From the NCBI GenBank assembly GCA_963769425.1, contig CAVYLP010000006.1, positions 256,001-320,000 of the forward strand: a stretch of DNA of 64,000 bases, read 5' to 3'. This DNA comes from Candidatus Bathyarchaeota archaeon (GTDB taxonomy: Archaea; Thermoproteota; Bathyarchaeia; TCS64). The translations under genes were made by a program, and so were the position numbers. Positions 1-9,172 of the stretch are shown in pieces. Every line of letters starts with the position of its first letter. The stretch's first letter is position 1. Below the pieces are notes generated by a model. That model searched no databases. It was given only the letters and a program-made list of their open reading frames with translations, and was not told where the DNA came from.

Positions 1-229
1 CCGGACCCTCGTCGACGAGGTAAAGAAGATGCCCGAGGCGACCCTCAAGCTCCGCCGGGGGATGGGCCACGTCAACGAGACGACGCTCCTCCAGGACGCG
101 GAGAGGTTCCTCAAGGCCGAGTTCGGCTGCGACGTCACAGTCTCGGGGGAGAGCGACCCTTGGATCGAGGACCCGGCGAAGAGGGCGAGCCGCGCAAAGC
201 CATACAGACCCGCCATCTACGTCGCCTAA
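1..229 (+). CDS. leuS: Leucine--tRNA ligase, C-terminal fragment (partial at window edge)
   Basis: Ends NETTLLQDAERFLKAEFGC...DPAKRASRAKPYRPAIYV, the typical C-terminus of archaeal LeuRS. Confidence 0.8.
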   Translation, partial: RTLVDEVKKMPEATLKLRRGMGHVNETTLLQDAERFLKAEFGCDVTVSGESDPWIEDPAKRASRAKPYRPAIYVA

Positions 230-253
230 ACCCAAAGAATTAAAAACTGATCA

Positions 254-315
254 GGTATTACACTTATTATTTCTCCTACGCAAGGAATAAGTAATACCAT
301 TTATCCTAGTAATAC
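254..315. promoter_or_regulatory. Putative autoregulatory operator of the vapBC pair
   Basis: Inverted repeat GGTATTAC (254-261) / GTAATACC (291-298), plus a third GTAATAC (309-315) just upstream of the antitoxin ATG. Confidence 0.45.
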
Positions 316-319
316 TGAT

Positions 320-586
320 ATGGCCGGTATCTACGTGGTCACCGTTACTAGTAAGGGACAAGCGACTATTCCCAAGGAGTTAAGGGATGAGTTCGGTATC
401 GAGCGTAAGGTGATATTCGAGGGAGGGGAAGGGGTCATACTATTGAAGCCCGCCCCCGAGCCCCTCAAAGACGTCGGGATGTTCCGCCACCTCGCCAAAG
501 GAAGGACCGCTGCACAACTTCTAAAAGCGGATGATAAAGAGGAAACCGACAGAGAACAGCGATTGACGAGGTCGCGCAGTCGATGA
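320..586 (+). CDS. AbrB/MazE/SpoVT-family antitoxin (VapB-like)
   Basis: VTVTSKGQATIPKELRDEFGI swapped-hairpin motif; 4-bp overlap with the downstream PIN gene. Confidence 0.9.
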   Translation: MAGIYVVTVTSKGQATIPKELRDEFGIERKVIFEGGEGVILLKPAPEPLKDVGMFRHLAKGRTAAQLLKADDKEETDREQRLTRSRSR

Positions 587-978
587 GTTACGTTTTCGAT
601 GCGGAGCCACTCCTAGCCTACTTCCTAGGTGAGAACGGGGCCTTCAAGGTAGCTGAACTTCTACATCAGGTGAGCAAAGGCGACATAAAGGCTTCAATCA
701 GTCTAGTCAACCTGACAGATTTCTACTACGCCTTGTATCGACTCGACGAAAAAGCACCTGAGGTCGCAGTCCAGAGGCTACGCGCATATGGGATGGGTTT
801 CATCCCAGTGGACGAAGGAGACATCTGGAGGGTAGCCGCCGAGATAAAGGCGACCCATAGATTGTCTCTTGGTGACGCATTTGCCGCCTCAACAGCCAAG
901 GTGAGAGGCGCTATATTGGTTGCAGGAAGTGATCCCGAGTTGGAAGACCTCGGGATAGAACTGCTAAGAATAAGGTAG
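583..978 (+). CDS. vapC: PIN-domain VapC-family toxin
   Basis: YVFDA N-terminus, LSLGDAFAASTA and GSDPEL acidic PIN motifs, 131 aa. Confidence 0.9.
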   Translation: MSYVFDAEPLLAYFLGENGAFKVAELLHQVSKGDIKASISLVNLTDFYYALYRLDEKAPEVAVQRLRAYGMGFIPVDEGDIWRVAAEIKATHRLSLGDAFAASTAKVRGAILVAGSDPELEDLGIELLRIR

Positions 979-982
979 AGTG

Positions 983-1605
983 TTAAGCCGTCTCTGCAAC
1001 TACTTCGACCGGTGCCGGGACCGCCCCAGCGATTGGTGCTGCGAGTGAGCTGAGCTCTTCCTGACGCCTACGTGGCGGAGCGCCGTCACGTTCTTCGCCT
1101 GGTTGTAGACGTCGCTGGCGAGCTTGCCGAGGACCATCTCGTGGGCGATCTGGTCGAAGGTGAGGGTCTTCGCCTTCTCGTTGACTATCGCCGTCATGAT
1201 GACGCGGATCTCGTGCTCCTGGCTCGACTTGATCCTCACCTGCGTCAGCGCGGTGACGATGATCTTTAACTTGTAGCCGTCGGTGGTGGTTATGCGGTAT
1301 ATCCCGTCGACCTTGGTGCTCCTGCGGCGGACGAGGCTGCGGAGGTAGTCGCGCAGGTACTCGTGCCCCTTGAAGATGGTGGTTGCCTTGTGGTCTTCGA
1401 CGCCGGTGACCTGGAAGTACATCTTGATGTACTCCTGGCTGAAGTCTCCGGTTATCTGTGCGAGCGTCGTCTCGAAGACGCGGCCGTTGAGGAGTGCATC
1501 TTCCTCGGCGGGTGTCTCGCCGACCTTGGTCTCGCCGAAGTAGCGGGGGAGGATGATGTCGTACCAGTCCTTCCTACGCCATTTATCCTTGACGGCCTTA
1601 GACAA
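983..1605 (-). CDS. rps3ae: 30S ribosomal protein S3ae (eS1); probable frameshift near 1050
   Basis: KDKWRRKDWYDI, GRVFETTL and DYLRSLVRRRSTKVD motifs. The ORF as given ends at 1000; a shifted frame continues LSSLAAPIAGAVPAPVEVVAETA to a stop at 983. Confidence 0.93.
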
Positions 1606-1682
1606 ACTTTCGAATCTCTCCTATTTTCAGCACCATGGAACTGCCCGGCGCTCATTTATACCTTTCTCTAAAACGGGTGGGG

Positions 1683-1941
1683 CTAGTCGAGTCCTTTGAG
1701 TGCCTTCTCCGCCGCGGCGAGGCAGCTGAGCAGGTCATCGAGGGTCGAGATGAGGCTCCCCACCCCCTTAGGGCAGCGCACCCTGATGGAAAATCTCGGA
1801 GTTCTTCTGCTCAACGTCGATTTTGAGGCCCTCAGGGGCCTGGAAGTTGTCGGGGCTCACGGCCTCGGCTACGGCCCTCGCGGTCTCCTCGTCGGGGTAT
1901 CGTAGGGTTAGCTCAGCTTCCGCTCCACTGTTTGGCGACAA
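1683..1941 (-). CDS. pcc1: KEOPS complex subunit Pcc1 (frameshift at the A4 run 1790-1793; not in ORF track)
   Basis: Manual translation MSPNSGAEAELTLRYPDEETARAVAEAVSPDN...SEI / SIRVRCPKGVGSLISTLDDLLSCLAAAEKALKGLD; sits in the conserved rps15-DHH-pcc1-rps3ae position; span is 3n+1. Confidence 0.8.
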
Positions 1942-3340
1942 GCTCGTCGACCCTCCTCATGAACTCGTCCTCCGCCCCCTGGGGTATGAATGCTCCGGCG
2001 GCGTTGTCGTGCCCCCCGCCGGCGCCCTTGACACCGCCTGCGGCCTCCTGCATGATCTTGCCGAGGTGGATGCCCATGTAGGCCGTGCCCTCCGCGATCC
2101 TTGATGAAATCTTGACTGTGCCGTCGTCGCTGTTGGCGGCGGAGACGATCGGCTTGGTGCTCTTGAGTATGCCCTGGCCGAGGAGTATGCTGGAGACGAC
2201 GCCGATTATGTTCTCGTCGATGTCGTTGCCCGCGCTGAGGACGTAGATGGCGCTCAGCTCCTTGATCCTGTCGCCGGTCCTGACCCAGTCGAGGTAGCCG
2301 CCTATCTTTCGGCGGTAATCGTCTACCGTCTGCTCCGCGTCCTTCATGGCCTCGCCGCGGTCTCCGAGGCAGATGCCTATACCTAGGCTGGGTCGCCTCA
2401 TGCGGGCGCATGCGTTGAGGAGACTTGAGTACTCTCGCCCGTCGCGGAGGGGCGTCGTCGCCTCCTCCTTCTTGAAGGTGTAGACCGTGCCGATGAGGTT
2501 GTGGACGGTCTTGGCGTCGCAGCCCTGGGCGACCATGTGGCTGCTGAGGGCTGAGAAGAGCTTCCTCTTCTCCTCCTCGTCTAGGTCGCTTAGGCTCCTC
2601 ATCCGGTCCCCCGTCTTTAGGGGGATTCCTATGTGGTCGAGGAAGGCGACGCAGCTGTCCTCCCTGCCGCTGAGGCCAGGGATAAATGGAGTCGTCGTGT
2701 TGGCGATGGCGCGTGCTATTGGGCGGGTCTCGTGGCCGTAGAAGATGAGGTCCACGTCCTTTGAGAGGAGCCCCGCCGCTGTTGCCTCCTCCTCGATGAG
2801 GGTGTTGACCCCCTTGAGGCTCTTCTTCTCACCCTTGTCCTGCTGGTCGCCGAGGGCGCCGACGAGGCCGAGGGGGGAGAGGTCGACGTTCCTGGGGTCG
2901 AGTTCCTTCGCGAATAGGTAGCAGACGCCGGAGGCGGCGATGTCCCGCGAGCCGTCGATGCCGTGCAGGTGGGGGTTGACCTGTATGACCCGAGCGGGTT
3001 GATCCCCCATCGGCATGTGGTGGTCGAGGATGATGACGTCGATGTTCGGCAGTGCCTTGCCCACAAGCTCGAGGTATCCTGAGCCGAAGTCGGTGAGCAC
3101 GACGAGTGAGGGCTTCTCCTCCGCGACGCCCCTGAGTATCTGCTCGTCGAGGCGCTTCTCGACGGTTGTCTTGAAGGGAGCGCCCACTCTCTTACAGGCA
3201 TTGCTCAGAATGCCACCTGAGGCAACGCCGTCAGCGTCGTTGTGGGTTAGAATACGGATGACTGCGCCCTCGTCGGAGTGTGTTTTGAAGAGATCGATTG
3301 CTGGCTTGAAGGAGGATAAAAACTCCTTTGGGGGCTCCAA
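1913..3340 (-). CDS. DHH-family phosphoesterase / RecJ-like nuclease with DHHA1 domain
   Basis: HNDADG, LTDFGSG, ILDHH and GGGHDNAAG motifs; conserved neighbour of rps15. Confidence 0.92.
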   Translation of the reverse strand: MEPPKEFLSSFKPAIDLFKTHSDEGAVIRILTHNDADGVASGGILSNACKRVGAPFKTTVEKRLDEQILRGVAEEKPSLVVLTDFGSGYLELVGKALPNIDVIILDHHMPMGDQPARVIQVNPHLHGIDGSRDIAASGVCYLFAKELDPRNVDLSPLGLVGALGDQQDKGEKKSLKGVNTLIEEEATAAGLLSKDVDLIFYGHETRPIARAIANTTTPFIPGLSGREDSCVAFLDHIGIPLKTGDRMRSLSDLDEEEKRKLFSALSSHMVAQGCDAKTVHNLIGTVYTFKKEEATTPLRDGREYSSLLNACARMRRPSLGIGICLGDRGEAMKDAEQTVDDYRRKIGGYLDWVRTGDRIKELSAIYVLSAGNDIDENIIGVVSSILLGQGILKSTKPIVSAANSDDGTVKISSRIAEGTAYMGIHLGKIMQEAAGGVKGAGGGHDNAAGAFIPQGAEDEFMRRVDELVAKQWSGS

Positions 3341-3351
3341 TTCGGGTCAGA

Positions 3352-3795
3352 CTAGATGGTGACGATCTCGTCCCTGTAGTTCCAGTCCTTGGGTAGGATG
3401 CCCTTGCTCTTGTAATACTTCGTGACCCTGTAGATCATGGACTCGGTTAGGTGTAGGCCCCTCTTGTTCCCGTAGTCCTTTGCGTTACGCTCCATGTGGC
3501 GCTTCATCCTCGTGGCGCGTATCATGAGGTTGTATAGGTCCTCGGGGATGGTCGGCGCGATGCCTGCCTCGGTTAGTACCTTGCGTATGCCGTAGCCGAC
3601 TATCGGCTTCACGAGCGGGATGCCGTGCTCGTCGCGGAGGGTGTTGCCGATCTCGCTCTCCTTGCGCCCCTCTCTCGCTAGGTTGATTATGAGCGCCTTG
3701 ACCTCGTCTGGCTGGTAGACCACCCAGGTTGGGGGCCTCTTGGAGACGGGTCTCTGTGAGAGTGAGCGCCCCTGCATGCTTGATAGCTTGACCAT
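3352..3795 (-). CDS. rps15: 30S ribosomal protein S15 (uS15/S13e)
   Basis: SEIGNTLRDEHGIP, IPEDLYNL, KDYGNKRGLHLTES and YYKSKGILPKDW motifs. Confidence 0.96.
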   Translation of the reverse strand: MVKLSSMQGRSLSQRPVSKRPPTWVVYQPDEVKALIINLAREGRKESEIGNTLRDEHGIPLVKPIVGYGIRKVLTEAGIAPTIPEDLYNLMIRATRMKRHMERNAKDYGNKRGLHLTESMIYRVTKYYKSKGILPKDWNYRDEIVTI

Positions 3796-4067
3796 TTGTT
3801 TTTCGCCTTGCCCGGGTGACCCGGAATGCGTCAGTGATAGACCCGGGGTTGTTTAAAAAACTTTACTGAAAAAAAACGTTGGGATAACAAAATAATACCC
3901 TAATTTTGAGGCAAAAACCATCTCTAAGCTAAAACTCGGAAAATTAGGGGCCCCCAACCTTAGATACTATATACCCCATGCCCCATCCTGTTTCGATCGA
4001 GTAGACCTCACCTGTCGATGGATCAACTTTAGCTATACTCAACCTAAAGGAAAAACCACTGATGCGT

Positions 4068-4255
4068 GGAAAAAACGTTATCCTAGCGTAGCCGGAACAA
4101 GTTCAACCCTACTAGGAACAATTTGTGCCACCCTACACGGAACACGTTCCACCTACCCCGGAACACATCACCCCGATCAGAGGGCTGCGTGTTCCACCCT
4201 AGAGGGAACAATTCGTTCCAGGCATCACGGAACATGTACCACCGTACATGGAACA
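4068..4255. repeat. Degenerate tandem array A of 19-bp palindromes GTTCC-N9-GGAAC with linkers of 2 or 5 nt
   Basis: GGAAC at 4094, 4115, 4139, 4160, 4205, 4229, 4250 (spacings 21, 24, 21, 45, 24, 21); preceded by GGAAAAAACGTTAT at 4068-4081. Confidence 0.8.
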
Positions 4256-4317
4256 CTGAACCCATGCCTCTACGACAGGGTAGATAGGGATCGGCGACTT
4301 GAGTTACGGGTCTCGAT

Positions 4318-4575
4318 GTACCGCTGCATGGAATCCGTATGGCGGAAAAACGTTATACCATGCTACCAGGAACCCGATTCCTAGCCACATGGAATTAAGT
4401 CGCTGCTACCAGGAACAATGTACCTGCTACTAGGAATAAGTTGTACCAGCTACAAGGAATTGGTATACCAGCTACTAGGAATTGAGTTCCTGTTACTAGG
4501 AATACGATGTACCCGCTGCTAGGAACAATGTTCCAGCTACTAGGAATAAGGTCGTTATAAGGAACACCAATTCCC
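4318..4575. repeat. Degenerate tandem array B of about 22-bp units RTWCC-NGCTACYA-GGAAY
   Basis: GGAAY at 4369, 4391, 4412, 4433, 4456, 4478, 4499, 4522, 4543, 4561; GGAAAAACGTTAT at 4344-4356 precedes the regular run. Confidence 0.85.
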
Positions 4576-4763
4576 TCCGACTGATTACCAAGTTGCACGA
4601 TTCTGTGTGCGTTTACCCTTCAAGTGGCTACAAGGTTCACGTTTATTGAGGATAACTATTTGCGATGTAGTTGCTTCATGTCGTATCCTCATCAATGTTG
4701 AGAATAAGGGCCTAGAAATCTATTGCTAAGTGCTAGAAGAATGAGCGACTATTGATGAATCAG

Positions 4764-5321
4764 TCAAGCTTTTATCAGCCACTCGGCGAGTGCCCGGAAG
4801 GCTCTGGCACGGTGGCTGATTCTATTCTTTGCATCGGGCTCCATCTCCCCGAATGTTTGCCCCTTGCCCTCAGAGGGAATAAATATTGGGTCATAGCCGA
4901 ATCCGTTTGTGCCGCGGATGCTGCGAGCTAGCTCACCGTCGACGGCGCCGCGGAAGATGTGAACACCAGATTCGTCACGGTATGCGATAGCGGAGACGTA
5001 GTTAGCGCTCCTATCCCTCTCGCCGTCCATGAGCTTGAGTATGCCGGGGTTGCCGAGGCGTTCGAGGACGTAGCTGCTGTAGGGGCCGGGGAATCCTCCC
5101 CAGCGGTCGATGGAGACGCCGGCGTCCTCGACGCATAGGGGTCTATCATCTTTAACCTGTGCAAGGCTGTATGCTGCGATATCTGCTGGGTCGTCAGCCT
5201 GTATCTCGACGCGTTCGAGGGGGTAATGTTCAAGGGTGATGCCGTAGGGGGCTAGGACCTCCGCCGCCTCCTTGAGCTTGTGCTTGTTTCCGGTGGCGAA
5301 CCAGATCTTACTCTTTGTCAA
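4764..5321 (-). CDS. rdgB: XTP/dITP diphosphatase (Ham1/RdgB)
   Basis: FATGNKHKLKE, EDAG, GFPGPYS, GFGYDPIF and ISHRARAF motifs. Confidence 0.96.
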   Translation of the reverse strand: MTKSKIWFATGNKHKLKEAAEVLAPYGITLEHYPLERVEIQADDPADIAAYSLAQVKDDRPLCVEDAGVSIDRWGGFPGPYSSYVLERLGNPGILKLMDGERDRSANYVSAIAYRDESGVHIFRGAVDGELARSIRGTNGFGYDPIFIPSEGKGQTFGEMEPDAKNRISHRARAFRALAEWLIKA

Positions 5322-5946
5322 TGTAGCGTCCCCTTCGCCTGATCTCGTCTGCGCGCTGGAATACCTCCTCGGCCTCCGGACCCATAGTGGCCCTGTAGCC
5401 CTCCTTGAATGATTCGAGGAGTGGCTCCATGATGGTGTAGTGGGTACTGGCGAGCATCCTGACCATGAGGTTGAAGTCTACGCCGCGCTTCTCGACTTCC
5501 TTGCTGATCTCGCCTAGGCCGAAGTCTATGAAGACGATGCGTTCCCCGGACTTGATCATGTTGCTTGTCGTGAGGTCGCCGTGTATGAGGGCGGCGCGGT
5601 GGAGCCTGCCGGATTCCTCGCCGATGAGGCGGAAGAGGGCGCGGTTCTCCTCGAGGCTCAGCTTGGGTACGGCATCCCTGACCTTCGTGCCCTCGATGAA
5701 CTCCATGACTATGGTTGCGTCATCGGGGTCGAGCTGATAGATGAGGGGGGTGGGTACGCCGGCCTCCTTGGCGCGGTGAATGAGGTCGGCCTCGTGGAGG
5801 GTTCGGTACCTGCGTATTTCCCGGTCTATCTGGGGGTGGCGGTACTTCTTGACACCTCGGCGCTTGAGGAGCGCCTTTCTCCCGTTCCAGTCCGGGTCTA
5901 GGAGGAGATCCGCCTCGGCACCCTTCGCTATGAGTGTCAGCGCCAT
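5308..5946 (-). CDS. bud32: KEOPS kinase Bud32
   Basis: KGAEA, IHGDLTTSNM and FIDFGLG motifs; start placed at the ATG of MALTLIAKG, overlapping the kae1 end. Confidence 0.93.
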   Translation of the reverse strand: MALTLIAKGAEADLLLDPDWNGRKALLKRRGVKKYRHPQIDREIRRYRTLHEADLIHRAKEAGVPTPLIYQLDPDDATIVMEFIEGTKVRDAVPKLSLEENRALFRLIGEESGRLHRAALIHGDLTTSNMIKSGERIVFIDFGLGEISKEVEKRGVDFNLMVRMLASTHYTIMEPLLESFKEGYRATMGPEAEEVFQRADEIRRRGRYIDKE

Positions 5947-6950
5947 GGTATCTCCACCTCGTCGAGCCTCCACCTGGGGTCGACGTAGCTCGTCTCTATC
6001 GGGGTCCTGACGCCGTGGGTGTAGGCAAGTATCCCGGTCCACGCTATCATAGCGCCGTTGTCCGTAGCGAGACTGATGGGGACGTAGTAGGGCTTGGCGC
6101 CCTGCTCCTCCGCGATCTCCTTGATGACACTTCTGAGCCTCTTGTTTGCGCCGACGCCCCCCGTGAGCAGCAGCTCTGGCTTCTTCGTGTGGGCTAGAGC
6201 CCGCTCCGTGACTTCCCCGAGCATCGCGTATCCTGTCTCCTGCAGACTGTAGCAGAGGTCGGGGATGCTGTGCTTGCCTGATCTGAACTCGTTGCTGACG
6301 GCAGTGAGCAGGCCGCTGAAGCTCATGTCCATGCCCTTTACGGCGTAGGGGAGGGGGATGAGCTTCGAGCCCTGGGCCGCGAATTTTTCTATGGCGGGTC
6401 CGCCGGGGTACTCAAGCCCTGCTAGGCGGGCGAAGGTATCTAGGCAGTTCCCGATGGCGATGTCGAGGGTTTCCCCGAAGACGCGGTAACGCCCCGACTC
6501 GAAGCCCGAGACGATCGTGTTACCCCCGCTGACGTAGAGTGTGAGTGGGTCCTTAGCCCCCGTGGCTAGGCGCCCGACCTCGATGTGGCTTATACAGTGA
6601 TTGACGCCGACGAGTGGGACCTTGAGGTAGCTGGCGAGCGCGCGCGCCCCGGTTGCACCAGTGCGTAGGCAAGGGCCGAGACCTGGGCCCTGCGCAAACG
6701 ATACGAAGTCTATGTCCTTCGCGGTTATGTGCGCCTTACCCAACGCGGCGGTGATGACCGCGCCGATGTTCTCCGAGTGGTGGCGCGCCGCCTCGCGGGG
6801 GTGGATGCCACCGAGATCCGGCACATGAACCTTAACCTCATTGGCCAGAATCTTGCCGTCGCTTGATGCTATGCCCACCCCTAGGTTGTCCGCAGTGGAC
6901 TCGATGCCCAGGCAGATGAGTGGATCTATCCCCGCCACCTTCAACAGCAA
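5937..6950 (-). CDS. kae1: tRNA N6-adenosine threonylcarbamoyltransferase Kae1
   Basis: LGIESTA, GGIHPREAARHH, GPGLGPCLR, VNHCISHIE, YVSGGNT and DNGAMIAW motifs. Confidence 0.97.
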   Translation of the reverse strand: MLLKVAGIDPLICLGIESTADNLGVGIASSDGKILANEVKVHVPDLGGIHPREAARHHSENIGAVITAALGKAHITAKDIDFVSFAQGPGLGPCLRTGATGARALASYLKVPLVGVNHCISHIEVGRLATGAKDPLTLYVSGGNTIVSGFESGRYRVFGETLDIAIGNCLDTFARLAGLEYPGGPAIEKFAAQGSKLIPLPYAVKGMDMSFSGLLTAVSNEFRSGKHSIPDLCYSLQETGYAMLGEVTERALAHTKKPELLLTGGVGANKRLRSVIKEIAEEQGAKPYYVPISLATDNGAMIAWTGILAYTHGVRTPIETSYVDPRWRLDEVEIPWR

Positions 6951-7020
6951 CGCGAAGAGAACCGATAAAAACCTTTAGAAAAAGTGGACTTAGCATCCCA
7001 GAGCCCAAATGTCGACTGAG

Positions 7021-8244
7021 CTACCTCACCTTTCGCTTGCTCTCTTGTATGAAGAGGAGGAGGGCGACTGAGACGAGAGCGGAGGCGGTGAGGAACCACC
7101 AGCCGACGGAGTATGAGCCCGTCGCGTCGGCCATCCAGCCGAATATTGGCGGCCCTAGGAGGTTCCCGACGAGGGAGATCATGGCGGCATACCCGACGGC
7201 GAGGCCCGCGTTCTCCCTCCCCGCGAACTCGGAGGCGAGGACGAGGTTCATCCCGCCCCAACCGATCGCAGTGAAGCCGAAGAGCACTATGACCCCGATA
7301 AGGAGCGGGTAGGGCGTCGATGCGCCGATCATCTGCATGAGGATGGAGAGCACGAAGATGGAGGCCCCAACGATGATGAGGGGCTTCCTCCGGCTCCCCC
7401 CGAAGACCCTGTCACTGAGGGCACCGAATATGGGCTTCCCGAAGACGCCCCCAAAATTCGCGAGGGCGAGGTACCCGCCAGCTAAGGCAACAGAGACCCC
7501 CACGGCCTCGGTCAGATAGATGACAAGGTAGCCCGTGAAGCTAAACTCGCAGACGCAGAGCCCCATGCACGCCAGGGCGACGAGTAGGATGTTCCTGTCG
7601 AGCACAACGCCTTTGACGCTGTTCCAGTTCGTGGGCCCACGCTTCGGCGCCTCGACCTCCTTCGCCTTGTGGGGCTCTCTGTAGAAGGTGTAGGAGAGTA
7701 TAGCGGCCGTGATTGGTATAATCCCCATGGAGGCTATTGCGACGCGCCAGCCGAAGTTGAGGGCAAGCGTGGGGAGCAGGGATGCGGTGATTATCCCGGC
7801 GACGTTGAGACTCGTCTGATTGATGCCGATCGCCGTCGCCCTCTCCCGGAGGGGGAACCAGTTGAGCACCGCCTTCGTCGCCACCGTGGGGAAGCAGCCG
7901 CAGCCGAACCCCGCCAGAACGAGGACCCCCATCGCCCCGACGAAGCCCCCGACCGCGTACATCCCGAGGATGAAACCCCCGGCGACGACAGGACCTATGA
8001 AGAGCATCTTCCTCACCCCGATCCTATCAACGAGCCAGCCGGCGGGCATCTGGAAGGCCATGTAACCGAAGGCGGAGGCGGAGACGAGCAGCCCCACCTC
8101 GAACTTGCTCAGGCTCAGGCCCTCGATGAGGAAGGGCGTGAGGGGCGCCACCGCCGTCCTGACTAGGTAGGCGCTCATGTACGCCATCCAAGTGATGCCG
8201 AGAACAACCCACCGGAACCTGCCGGAGCCCACGGAATCGCCCAT
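7021..8244 (-). CDS. MFS transporter
   Basis: About 12 hydrophobic segments; motif A GWLVDRIGVR and WFPLRERATAIG. Confidence 0.9.
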   Translation of the reverse strand: MGDSVGSGRFRWVVLGITWMAYMSAYLVRTAVAPLTPFLIEGLSLSKFEVGLLVSASAFGYMAFQMPAGWLVDRIGVRKMLFIGPVVAGGFILGMYAVGGFVGAMGVLVLAGFGCGCFPTVATKAVLNWFPLRERATAIGINQTSLNVAGIITASLLPTLALNFGWRVAIASMGIIPITAAILSYTFYREPHKAKEVEAPKRGPTNWNSVKGVVLDRNILLVALACMGLCVCEFSFTGYLVIYLTEAVGVSVALAGGYLALANFGGVFGKPIFGALSDRVFGGSRRKPLIIVGASIFVLSILMQMIGASTPYPLLIGVIVLFGFTAIGWGGMNLVLASEFAGRENAGLAVGYAAMISLVGNLLGPPIFGWMADATGSYSVGWWFLTASALVSVALLLFIQESKRKVR

Positions 8245-8281
8245 TTCCCAAGCGATGAGACTCGCAACTATATACCTTTAT

Positions 8282-9152
8282 CTAGCTATCTGCTAATCGG
8301 TGGATGACCACCTCGTCGCCGACGATGAACTCGGTGAGGTCGCCTGGCACAACGAGTCTGCCGCGGTAGGTCTTCTCGACGCGCTCTACGGAGGAAGCGT
8401 CCGTGCTGGAGTGGATTAGCGCGGCGACCCTGCACTTCGACCGGGTGAAGGTGTCCGCGGCCTCCTCGGGCGTCGCCATGAGGCTCGACCACGCCCTCCG
8501 CTTCGCACCGAGGTCGCTCTCCTCGCTCAACTCCTCCGCGGTCCAACCATACATTGCGTGGAAGAGAATATCTGCCCCAGCAGAGGCCCGTATCACGTCC
8601 TCCGAGTGTTTATCGTCCCCAGAGAAGACGACGGAGCGCCCGGCGAAGTCGACTCGGTAGGCGATCGAGGACCCGGCGGGGCCATGCTCAGCGTTGATGG
8701 CTGTGACCTTTAAGCCGCCGCTCCGGTAGACGACAGCCGGCGCCGACGTCCACGCCCGTGAAAGCGGCCGTGCTATGGAGGAGAGACTCGGGAGGACCAA
8801 CCCGCGTCTCGACGTCTACGGAGAACGCGGCTCGAAGATTCTCGACCATCGCACGCGTCCCTATAGGTCCTCGTGCCTCGAGAGGCGACGCTCTTCCGCG
8901 GAAGAAGCCACTGAGCCAGAGGTCGGGGATGTCGGTGACGTGGTCCGAGTGTAGATGGGTGAGGAAGATCTCGGTAATCCCCTCCGGCATGATGCCGATC
9001 TGAGCCATTCGCGTGACGACGCTGCGCCCACAGTCAAAGAGGAGACGCTCACCGTCCGCCTCAACGAGCATCCCTGGTCCGGCTACACCCGAAACGGGTG
9101 TCGGCCCTCCCCCCGATCCAAGGAGCACTACCCTCAAAGATGAATCGATCAT
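8282..9152 (-). CDS. MBL-fold metallo-hydrolase (RNase Z/AtsA-like), frameshifted near 8735
   Basis: LGSGGG, FDCG and THLHSDH in 8688-9152, continued by EHGP, AYRVD, FSGD and LIH in 8282-8800; removing one base near 8735 joins them. Confidence 0.8.
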
Positions 9153-9172
9153 GAACTAAACCCCATCTTTGA

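Noticed and set aside
4068-4575. CRISPR array
   Set aside because: Units are only 21-24 bp, the variable parts are 8-9 nt and resemble one another, there is no 24-40-bp invariant repeat, and no cas genes are present.
4068-4575. Canonical ORB-containing replication origin
   Set aside because: The TTCC/GGAA arms recall ORB cores, but the spacing (N8-9) differs, there is no G-string, and no cdc6/orc1 gene is in the window.
4395-4598. 67-aa minus-strand ORF over array B
   Set aside because: The repeat period (21-23 bp) is not codon-phased, so the translation drifts between repeat frames; it is a by-product of the DNA repeat.
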